From Lingula anatina (lineage: Eukaryota; Animalia; Brachiopoda), in contig CM120642.1 in NCBI GenBank assembly GCA_051362555.1, positions 7,192,001 through 7,256,000 on the forward strand: DNA of 64,000 bases. Direction: 5' to 3'. A model generated the notes under the pieces. That model was given only the letters and a program-made list of their open reading frames with translations. It searched no databases and was not told where the DNA came from. Position 1 is the first letter of the stretch. Each line of letters opens with the position of its first letter. Positions 41,387-52,514 of this stretch are shown one piece after another. The position numbers and the translations under genes are program-made.

Positions 41387-43116
41387 CCTCTCTGATTGCA
41401 CATAAAAGTCATGTCATCATCTAGAAAGACAAATAAACAAATAAATAAATAAACAAACGACAGTCAATAACAAGGTTCTTAAAATTCACAAAGCTCTCTC
41501 TTATAAAATAAATTTAACCAGATGCTGAATGCATTCTTCTTTTCTTTTTTCCCCAATCTATCAGTGATTTGACTCATCAATTTGACTTGGCTAAAACTAG
41601 CCAATAGTTTGGCCTAAGGAAACTTTATTCCATGTAGTGAGCATGGCCAAGAAAACTACACTGTATTTAAATTCTGGATGGTTTCATCTTAACTTTAGCA
41701 TAAAATATTCTACAAAAAAAATAGACATAAAGCCAAATCAATAAGTTGTGAGATGATTTTAAAACTTCTCATTTTCTTTTGCAAAATACCTTTTGAGCTG
41801 CCAGAAAAATCTAACAAGTCACTTTGAGTTAGGTAATATATTGTAACATTAGCATCCATTATCATTAGAAACAAGATTTAATCCATTCAAAAAGAGAAAT
41901 CTGACTCAAGAACATGTCTCAATGAATTTAAATAAAAACATACCAAAGAGTTTAAAAATTCACTTTCTTACCATCAAGCTCAATCTATTTTTTTTTTCTT
42001 TTTTGCTTCTCTAAACATAATGACCACAACCCTGTCATGTTCACTTAAATCGGTCCAGTCAAAAGTCTTAATGACCATTCCATGTCAAATCCAGACATGA
42101 CACTTGTTATGATGGCTTGCAATTAGAACAGCTGCACATGTCACAACAAATTCATTAAAAACCCATCTTCCCATAACTCTTATCTAAATAATTTAAATTT
42201 GAACTTAGGACTTCCTCCATTTAACTGTACAGTCATTTCTCAGTAAATCACAACCAATTTGATGATAATGAATCTAATTTCCAAAATCAATTTTTTTTTG
42301 TTCCAACTACGTGAAAAAATGATTTGAGTAAGTGAGTTTGGATATTACAATTTTGTGATTGACTAAAAATGACCAAAAAAAAGTGAATACTGAATTATTT
42401 AAGTGGGAAGTTTGAAACTGATAAGTAATTACCAGATTTCTTAGTAAAGATCATTACTTTAATTTTGTATACATCAGTTTCCTTTCATCTGATGACCACC
42501 TTTCTTTAAAAGAAAATATATGTTTAACCTTTAGTAATTTTACAGTTCTAAATATCTAATCAAATCAACAGTGTTATGGCTATTTACTAGTATAAGATTC
42601 TTAACTTAACTTAACAATGATGATGATGATGACAATGATAATGCTCTAATCCATATAAAATAATGACTACATAATGTTCTACAAAAATTAACCCACTCTC
42701 AAATTACCCTCATTTCATTTAATTAATCAAAAGCACATCTGTTGAGTTAGCTGACTTAATGAATTATTTAATCACTGTCAACTGGCCTCTTCTATACAAG
42801 CCCACTGTATTTCTGCTGTCTGCCTCCATTTATTTCATATACCAATATTCATTAATACTACAACACAAAGATCAAAAGAATGTTTGCCAATTTGAAAAAA
42901 AAATACAATTTCTCCTGTGAGTTTTAAGTAATTACCTTAACAAGACGTATCTAGATCTAATTATCAAGTATACTTTTAAATGTCAACTATAATTACTATG
43001 CCATAGACTGGAAGCAATATCAGCAGTCCTGGCTTTATCACTTAATTTTTATTTCCCGTATAAATGTCAACTGACGCCATAATGTTTTTCATTTATTAAA
43101 AAGAGTTCATCTATAG

Positions 43117-43118
<2 letters not shown>

Positions 43119-43164
<46 letters not shown>
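43119..43164. repeat. (TC)n microsatellite
   Basis: Direct reading. Confidence 0.95.
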
Positions 43165-43167
<3 letters not shown>

Positions 43168-43400
43168 TTTATCTTTCTACTTCAATGTCACTCCCATCTG
43201 TATTTTAACCCCATTGCTACATTTATTTCAACACACACTGTGACACAGACTATTTACTGTCCAAATATAAAATAAATTCTAATGGCTACAATGCATCATA
43301 TTACATGATATGGTATATTATGTCCCTACAGGACACTCCTGCCATCAATTATTCCACTGAATTAACTACAAACTTCATTCAGACAGGTAAAGGTAAATTT

Positions 43401-43680
43401 GGCGTTTGTGTCACAGAAGGACCTTAGCCCTAAACTTTTAGATCTAAATTTCAGTCTGCTGTCACCTAAGATATCATTAGTTGATAAATGAATTAAATAA
43501 AATATTGTTAATTTAATATACCAAGAAAAGCATGTTGAAGTTTTAGACCAAAAGTTACTTTATCAAAACGGACTATTTTATATTAATTAAGATAATATTT
43601 TGAAATGGCGTAGAGACAAGTTTGTAGTCTAAAAGTTAAGGCCAACCTTCAGTCTGAAGTACTTTTGGGAAACAAGCCCC
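43401..43680. mobile_element. Degenerate MITE related to 51950-52209
   Basis: Imperfect TIR ggcgtttgtgtcacagaag / cttttgggaaacaagcccc; shared blocks ctaaacttttag, tagaccaaa and ccaac.ttcagtctga. Confidence 0.45.
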
Positions 43681-45983
43681 TGATGCCCCTTACAATATTA
43701 CCTGCACGTATTGAGCTAACCTTTAAGTCCTCAACAACAAGACACTGTCTTTATCCTACCTCTGGCCAAACCAAGATTTGGGGTTGTCTCTTCAGTCAAC
43801 CTTCATGTTTGATATTAGCTAGGATTGAATCCCTCATATATATGAGATAGACCTACATATGGTCTCTTCTCCAGTTATGAACTCTATTTAATGTAAGTTA
43901 AGCCTTTAAATGCTTCAATTCTTTTTTTTTTTTTTCAGATTTATCTCTTGGACTGAGGTACACCAGCATCTTACCCAATCATAATCTTAAACCAAGCATG
44001 GTCACATAAATGTCAATCAAAACCCATTGTTATAAATGTCATAAACACAATAATTTCCAAGCAGCTGACTATTCAAGGTACCCTTCAACCTCCTGAACAC
44101 TGTAAAAAAAACAAAGTTTGTGTTTCAGAAATCTCTTTAAAGAACTGTCCCATCACCCAAAGATATGTTCATAGAAAATTACCAAACCCTTAAATTAATT
44201 CCATCATAAAAGATCAAAGTAGCCCTATTCTAGTAATGTCAGATCCCTATTACTGACCTAATGCTGCATATTCCTTCTACTAAATATAGGAAATATCTTC
44301 AAATATTTCTTTGATTAGTACACAAGGGGCAGATACTTGGCCCCTTTTAATTACACATTAAAGTACATATTTGACATAGTATGCAAAACACTAGGCACCA
44401 CAGTGAGCATAAATGAACTGATGATCCACAAGCCTTTTTCTTAATCAGTAGTCCATGCATACTTGCACTGACCTTTCAGATTAAGAGTAGCATTTCAGAC
44501 ATTGGGAAACAAGATCCAGGTGAACAAGACCTTAAGAAAAAAGATCAAGACATAGAAATCACCTTAAACTTGAGGTCACTCTGAGAACCCCTCCCCCCAC
44601 CACCCCCACCCACCCACCCACACACACATCTCCCAAAATGGTGACAAATTTTTCTGGTTGTTTACCAAAGTATGTCACCCTGCCAGGTGTCAACTAGTGT
44701 CCTGTGGAGCTGTGTCTTTGCTTACCTGTGGAGACACTTACCTGTAAAGTGACAACTCTGTGCAAATACCTTTAAAAGGAAACAGTATCCAAATCGCTCC
44801 CCCCAAATAAAAGTCAGCTACGCATGACTAATGTAACACTACCATGGCAAGGTTAATGTGAGAACTTCATCTAAATGTTGTATATGGCGTTCGGTTAGCG
44901 TGGTGTAATATAATATTGGATGACACGGCTAAGACTTCATCATACCCTCTTGAGCAGGCTCTAGCAATCACAGAGAACAGTATCAGCTGACTCTAGTTAA
45001 AGTAACAGTACCAACTGGTTCTACCAAATCTACTTTATACTTTCTTGGGCAAATGCCTGTTGTGGTTTAAATATCCAATAAACTCTACTAATTGAAAAAA
45101 AATAGTGTGTTCTCTCATAGGCAGAGTTTTAGTAAAGTAGTATATGGCATTATGTTGTGTGTAATAAACAGCAATATTAAATAAATGCAATGTCTAACAG
45201 TATATGTTCTTCTTCGCTGGTTTTAGGTTCTTACGTTCTGATACCCAACCACAATTTTATTTATGTCATTCAGTCAATTTATAAGCAAATTATAGGTGTG
45301 GTGACAAGTTTATCAAGCCAAACCCACAAATCTGCCACACATACACCCCAATGAACAAACACAAACAGACAGACAATTTTCATCCTGGGTTGTATTTTCA
45401 ACATTTGAAATTGAATTCTTTTCTTCAGGTAGGTTTCTTAGGGTTCTGATGTCAACCTGTATTGTACAAGATTTCTTCGTTATTCACGGAGGAACAAGGC
45501 ATGCTAGCATGCATTACAGGGGTCTGGAGATAGAATTGCACGGTGAAAAAATGTTCTTGTATGTTCTCACTTCACGGTACATAGTGCACCTGCAACTAGA
45601 GACAAGGAGCTTGATGGATGGTGAGACAGAGAGAGAGGGAGAGAGAGAGAGAAAGAAAGAGAGAGTGAGAGAGAGAGAGTCTGGTGTACAAATTTACATA
45701 AATTAAAAAAATAAAAACCATTTAATTATCAAGCAGAATCTTTGAGACCATAGCAACCCACTGCTACAGTATTTCAAAGAACTCCAAACTATCCCACCCC
45801 CTAGGAGGTACCTTCAAACTCATCAGCAGAGTAACTAGACATCTGAGAATTTTCTGAAGGGGGGTCAACTCTCTCTTTCAATAACCCCTCCCAACAGATA
45901 CCTCTAGCTATGATCCCCCCCTTCTCCCTATTACTAATCCTCCCTTCTCCCCCCCCCCATCAAATGCCACCTTGCACCCTTAA

Positions 45984-47365
45984 AGGCCTACTGTGCTCTA
46001 GGAACACAGAGCGTTCACTGCTTTTTTTACAGTATAAAAACTATAAATCGACGTCAAAAAATTGTTCTTTTTAAGTTTTAGAGAGAAAAGATGAGATTTA
46101 GATGAGAAAATTCTGATTGGTCAGTTTCTAGTGACGTAAACCGGGGAGTAGCTTTCCACAGCTGTACTAGTAATAGTATATAGGCCTACTATGCAGTAGG
46201 TGACTAAACATCCAGGTGTCAGAAAAACAAAATGCCGCAAAGTTGTGTTGCTCCCGAGGGCCGTAATGTAGGTTACGATAAGAAAGACATCTGCTATTAT
46301 GTCCTGCCTGCGGATGCCGCAAAACGTAAAATTTGGCTCAATTCTCTGAAGTTAAAAAAACCCAGCACAGTGTCAAAACACGCGAGGATCTGTAGTGACC
46401 ACTTCGAGCCGGAATGCTTCGTACGTGATATGCGAGCTGAATTGTGCGGTGGAAAAGCACGGAGAAACCTAAAAGATGATGCTGTACCCAGTATATTCAA
46501 TTTTTCGGAGTACCAAAATGCGACAGTAAATGCCAGAGCGCTGCCGACAAGAGTCTTACCTGTAGGATGTGTGCATGATGCGGCCGTCGAAAGGAAGAAG
46601 AGAGCAGCTTCTAGAGCCCCAAAAAAGTTCGTAGCAGAGGTACGTTGTCGAATTTTTTGATTATGTTAGTGAAAACTTTAATATAACATGATAGTGGAAT
46701 CAAATTTTTACTCGACATACTGCTGCACTGATCACGTGTAAGGCGGAAGTAGCGAGGTAAGTTGCAGAGGTGTGAAATGTAGTGTCCGATGCTATCAGTC
46801 CGATATCTGTGGCCTTTTGTCCACTGACCTGGCTCTCCCGGAATGACACTGGTAAACTGCACGGGTGTGAAAAATAATGTTAGCTGTCACACCTGCATGT
46901 ATTAGGTAACTTTCTCTTATCAATCGGGATAAGAACGTTCAGCCGACGCGACAGATGGGCATGTGTGAAAAACTATGTTCGCTGCCCTGCTTCCAAACCT
47001 TTACTGTTAACATAGTTTTGGTGTATTTTGTTGGTTAATAAATGATAACCACGTAGGGAATCAGGTCAAACAAATATCCTTCAATTCGTTCTCTGTTCAT
47101 TTTTACAAAATAGTTCAGACAAAGCGATCGAGTATAAATGTAAGTAAGCGGATAGCTGAATCGAATATGGCTTTCTGAGCCTCGACACCAGTGACGTCAC
47201 TCGCCTCAAAGCGCCACCACGCGGGAGTATCGTAAACTACATTCACACCTGCCTAAAATCGGCTTTAAAAACTAAATGAACGTAAGAACTTTTTTTCATT
47301 ACTCAAAAATGACTTTTGGGCACCTAATGGATAGTTTTAACCCGTTTTTTCATCACAGTATACCT
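45984..47365 (+). mobile_element. Kolobok-type DNA transposon, internally deleted (1382 bp)
   Basis: TTAA on both sides (45980-45983 and 47366-47369). Imperfect TIR AGGCCTACTGTG / CACAGTATACCT with AG...CT termini. CpG-rich relative to the host and encodes a THAP domain. TTAA TSD, RR..YY termini and an N-terminal THAP domain are Kolobok hallmarks. Confidence 0.85.
46232..46660 (+). CDS. THAP zinc-finger domain ORF (first exon of the Kolobok transposase; no DDE domain in the element)
   Basis: MPQSCVAP...P...RKIW...ARICSDHFEPECF...LKDDAVPSIF matches the THAP signature (P, W, CxxHF, AVP box). The second Cys is replaced by Gly (GGC). Probable donor GAG|gtacgt at 46639. Confidence 0.85.
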   Translation: MPQSCVAPEGRNVGYDKKDICYYVLPADAAKRKIWLNSLKLKKPSTVSKHARICSDHFEPECFVRDMRAELCGGKARRNLKDDAVPSIFNFSEYQNATVNARALPTRVLPVGCVHDAAVERKKRAASRAPKKFVAEVRCRIF

Positions 47366-48198
47366 TTAAGGGGTGTGACCAACCCCTCTATACAGTGGGC
47401 ATAAACTGTATTTAAATAGTGCATAGGCTCCTAAAGCTTACCTCAAGACAAGCAAATATTTATCATGGCTGATAGAATGCGGTCTTTCATCACATAAATA
47501 TAGATGTCAACAGTTCAGGCTATAAAGCAATAACCGTTACACCAAGTAAAAACACTCCTTGTTCAACAAGCAATCAAATTGATAAAGATAATAACAAACT
47601 CTGCTGCAAGCTCAACATTGCCTCCAAGAAGGTGGTTTGAGATTGTTCTTACTTTGTTATCCTTGACTTGTTTGGTAAAGAAAACGGTTCAAACATCAAC
47701 AGGATGTTTCTTTTTCATTTCTTTGTGTTGTTGTTGATCAGTTAGATCTTCTGTGCATTCCATTTTTTCTCAAGATATTGGTGTGCATGCATTATTGTAT
47801 CTTTTTCCATCCATTTAATTTATGTGTACCCCCATTCTTTTAAACCTTCACATACTGATAAACTATATCCACCTTTCCTCTAAAATCATGCTAAAATTTA
47901 CATATCACGCAAAAATGCCACACAATAATTCTATCATCAATGATAATTACCTGAAATTGCACATATTACACACCATTTTCATCTAAACTTTCAACTGTTT
48001 ACCACAAAGCCAGAGACTGCATCAACCTTTGTATTGTCAGTGGAGACAACTTCTCACAAAATTTACCTGCGTCAACCACCTGCAACTGCCGATTGCGTGA
48101 TACTAAATGTTCCTGATTGTTCAAATATAACACTCAAAAATATCAAATGACTTGTTGCCACAAAATATAACATTGCTGTTACAATATGTCTGGTAGGC

Positions 48199-48229
<31 letters not shown>

Positions 48230-48768
48230 CTTTCACAACTGAACATTCTGTATTTGATGTCTTAATTATTTCTGTAGCCTAAAAATTTGCCTTGCCTTAT
48301 TTATCAGTTGTGTTGTTGTTACCTTTTATTAATGCCAATCCATTTTACTGATCTTCTTTTAAAAATCAATTCAAAAATCCAAATTTTTCTATCAAATTTA
48401 ACACAAATTTATTGTCAATGATAGTACATAGTCTTTCTGTACTTAGTGACTGCAAAGTAAGTTGACTTAAGTCAAGTTTACAACTGTGTGTGGAGGTCTA
48501 TAGGCCTTTGCAAGCACTCTCAACTTATCAGCCTGGTGATAACTTAAATCCTAAGTCAACAAACAGGTGCTTTCAAATGTTGATGATACCCACAGAGAAT
48601 ACTGTGCAGTGAGATGGTCAATCCCAGGCCTAGAACATCTTTGTGACTTTTTCAAACTTTTATGACTTTGATTTAATTTTATTTCACCCAAACTGTTAAT
48701 ATATTTCTTTGAATTAATATTGAAAGCAGCATTTATAACTATACCACATGTATGCAAAGCTGTTTTAA

Positions 48769-51321
48769 AACAAGGCAGCAAAGCTGTCAAATGTACAGAC
48801 AAAAAGCAGGAAATAACAAAATAGGCTACTGTCAATTCTGATGTAAAAGTACATTATGTTAAAGCAATAATAACTCTTCGTTTCGGCCAAAAAATGAATT
48901 TTCCTGGAGTAAACAACAATTTTCCCATACTTACCAATGGTTAATGAATCCATTTTTACATTCAAAGTTAGTCCCTGGTTTTTTTCTAAAAAGTTTGGTT
49001 TTTTGTTAAAATCTCTTAAGAGATTTTAACAGAGTATAGACATCAATGGAGGTCACGAGGTCTAAAGACAAGTTCAGATATCAGAATAAAAGCTATAACT
49101 GCTGTTTTTTGGTAAAACAGAATATATTATATTTCTATGAGTTATTCACAAGGTTTTTACTGTGAAATATAGATATCATACGAAGAGTTATTATCCCTTT
49201 AAACTGCAAATTCAACATCAAATTTTAATTATGCTCAACAGGTAATACCAATGTAAGTAAAATGTGTAACAAGCATAAGGCTTCAGGACCATGGGAGTTC
49301 AAGTTCACACTTTGAAAATATAAAACTTCCAGAAAAAGAAGTCAATTAGACTGCTTTTCCAACTCGAGCTGCATTTTAGTCCTGTGTTTCTTTTTTAAAA
49401 GTTTGACAATCATAAGTAATATGGTTTTCCCATGATGGTCATCATGGCAGCAATACCCAAAATTGTGTTTTCTTCTATTTTGATGCAATATTTCATAATG
49501 CTTAACAGCATAAAGACCATCAGTTTTTAATAATAAAATATACGTATTGTGGATTTTCAGAAAATGTGACTAGCATGGGTCTTCAAGCCCAAGGTGGTTC
49601 TAAGTCACATCTTGAAATTGCCAATATGTGAAAAATTAAATTTTCACAAAAAACTGATTAACTGCCAGAAAAATTTACCAAATAGACTGCACTACCTAAT
49701 GAAACTGTATTTTAGTCCCATGTTTCTTTCCTGTAAGTTTGAGAACAGTAAGTGACATAGTTTTCCTTAAATGGTCATCAAGGGAGCAGTGTCCAAAATA
49801 GGGGTTTCTTCAAATTTTGATGCAATATTACATAATGTTTAACAGGATAATAACCATCAATTTTTAATAATAAAATATTAGTATCATGGATATTCAGAAA
49901 ATGTGACTAGCAAAGGTCTTCAGGCCCATGGAACTTCAAAGTCACAACTTGAAAATGCCAAAATGTAGACAAGACAGTACTGTCCTGAAATGCATTTTTT
50001 TCCATTTTTAACAATTTTTTAACAAATAACAAAATTAACATTTTACTGCCATCTTTATATGATCAACTAAGAAAATTGATGAGATGGGAAAAATATCAAT
50101 AGAACAGTGTTTAATGTCCAATTTCCTCCATTCTGAGTTTCTGAACATAGTGAATGAATGAATGAATCTGACAAACTGCAATGATAAGAGTTTATTTCCA
50201 TTTTTGAAACTCTATTATACAATACATGATAACAAGCTTACCATCATTTTTACATAATCAACTAACAATGTTGTAAAGATGCAGGAAATGTTAAACAAAG
50301 ACTTTTACGTATCTTATTCGTTAAATAATGAGACTGTTAACATGCCTAAGAATTGAATCTGAGGTAATGTGAAACAAGACAGTTCTGTTATGAAATGCGT
50401 TTATTTCCATGTTTAACACTTTTTTAACATAAAACAAAATTAACAGTTTACTGCCATTTTTATATGATCAACTAAGAAAGTTGATGAGATGGGAAAAATA
50501 TCAATAGAACAGTGTCAAATGTCCAATTTCCTCCATTCTGAGTTTTTGAACATAATGAATGATTGAATCTTACAAACTGCAATAATATGAGTTTATTTCC
50601 ATTTTTGACACTTTATTACACAATACACGATAACAAGTTTACCATCATTTTTACATAATCAACTAACAATGTTGTAAAGATGCAGGAAATGTCAAACAAA
50701 CACTTTTACGTATCTTATTAATTAAATAATGAGACTGTTAACATGCCTAAGAATTGAATCTGAAGAAATGTGAAAAAACAGCATAACTTATAAAATAATG
50801 GCCCGATTATGCTGATTTTCGAACTTGACCTGCATTTTAGTAAGATTGATTACTCCTGTGAGTTTCATGACAACAGGCCTATCAGTTTTCTTTGAAATGT
50901 GTTAACAGTGTTGCATATATGCTGAAAAGTGAAAAAAAACAGCATAACTACTAAAATGGTGGCCCGATCATGCTGATTTTCGAACTTGACCTGCGTTTTA
51001 ATAACATTGATTACTCCTGTGAGTTTCATGACAACAGGCCTATCAGTTTTCTTTGAAATGTGTTAACAGTGTTGCATATATGCTGAAAAGTGAAAAAACA
51101 GCATTAATTCTACAATAATGGCCCGATCATGCTGATTTTCGAACTTGACCTGCGTTTTATGAATATTCATCAGCTCTGTAAATATAAAGCCAAAAAGTAA
51201 AACTGTCTTCCACTTATGGTGTTAACGCTGAAAGTGCACGGCGACGGCGACGGCGACATGAACGGCGACGACAGACGCAGGTGATGGCAATATGTACAGA
51301 CACATCTGTGTCTGTACATAA
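48769..51321 (-). mobile_element. Helentron-associated (HINE/DINE-1-like) non-autonomous element, copy 1
   Basis: Read on the minus strand: palindrome TATGTACAGACACA-nn-TGTGTCTGTACATA (51291-51320), (GTC/GCC) microsatellite, ~161-bp tandem repeats, then subterminal GTCTGTACAT, short hairpin GACAGC-TTT-GCTGCC and TTGTT end. This is the HINE layout. Confidence 0.75.
48863..49198. mobile_element. Kolobok-type MITE, copy 2 (336 bp), nested in HINE copy 1
   Basis: TTAA TSD (48859-48862 and 49199-49202); same TIR with two substitutions at the left end; colinear with 28532-28867. Confidence 0.9.
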
Positions 51322-51334
51322 TGACAGTACATGG

Positions 51335-51372
<38 letters not shown>

Positions 51373-51949
51373 ACTGGCCCAAGCTTAGCCTACCCCTATA
51401 TTGTATTATAACAACCCAGTTATAAACCTGGCACATTTCTTCCTGGTGTAATTCACCCAATTAGTACTAATTAGCCCTGCACACCTGTCTCTTACCTGAC
51501 GTGTTACACCTGCAATTAACTTACACCTGCTATTCAAACTGAAACTCATTTGAACTTAAGTATCCCAGTGAAAGTTTGGCTTAAACTTTAAGATAAAGGG
51601 CTTTAGGGTCACCATAACCCACGATAAATCTGCAGCTATTGGTTATTATCTATCTGAATGTATGTACATCTACATGAGTACATGCAAGCATCCATGCACA
51701 TTTGTGTGCACATCCAAACAAGCGTGCCGTTCTGAACGTACATGCTGAAAATTACAGCAAAGATATTAATACCCCTTACTGCTATGATAACTGTTCTCAT
51801 TCTGTCTAGCTAAGCACTGTCACTGTGATATCCAAAAACATGGTGAAAACACAATACAAATATGAAATATGAAGTCACCTGAATCACTGCAACACATCTC
51901 GTCTGATGACTGGCATGGCTGTCATCCCTCTTCTCATTCACCTTGAAAT

Positions 51950-52209
51950 CTGGGACCAGTCTCACAAAAATACCTTAAACCGAAAGTTAGTCTAAACTTT
52001 TAGTTAATTTCTGTCTAGTAGTGGTCCATTTACAAGATATAGCCCCCATTTATTGAAAAGAAAGATGTTGAATGTTTCAGATCAAAAGCTTACTTATTAT
52101 AATGGATTTTGAAGGATTAATACTAAAATGGTATCTAGACCAAAGTTTCAGTTTCACAGTCACTTTGACCAACTTTCAGTCTGATGTTCTTTGGTGAAAA
52201 TGGCTCCAG
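51950..52209. mobile_element. Degenerate Harbinger-like MITE
   Basis: Imperfect TIR ctgggaccagtctcacaaaa / tttggtgaaaatggctccag (15 of 20 by eye); 3' part resembles 43640-43682. Confidence 0.5.
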
Positions 52210-52514
52210 ATCTGACAAGATAACCTATTTACTCTTAGATGTGTGTCATAGTGTGGGCATGGAGATTCCATCCAGTATTATGCTGTACACATGTCATGTG
52301 GACTGACTAAATTAATTTCGTGAAACTCTTAACAATTTAAGATCACTGAATTCTAAAGAGCGGAACAGGGGCATAACTTAATTCCTTTTCACATAATAAC
52401 AGTGAGCAACCCTACCTAAACAAAAATACTAGTAATGAATATATCTAACTTTTTACTTAGTTATGGAGAAAAAAACATCATACTTTTAATACCACAGTCT
52501 GGCATTATTCTTGC

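Noticed and set aside
46611-47100. Possible second, convergent Kolobok gene on the minus strand (MNRERIEGYLFD... at 47100; ORF 46611-46862)
   Set aside because: Stops after 21 codons and no Cys-rich motif is recognisable; at most an unprovable remnant.
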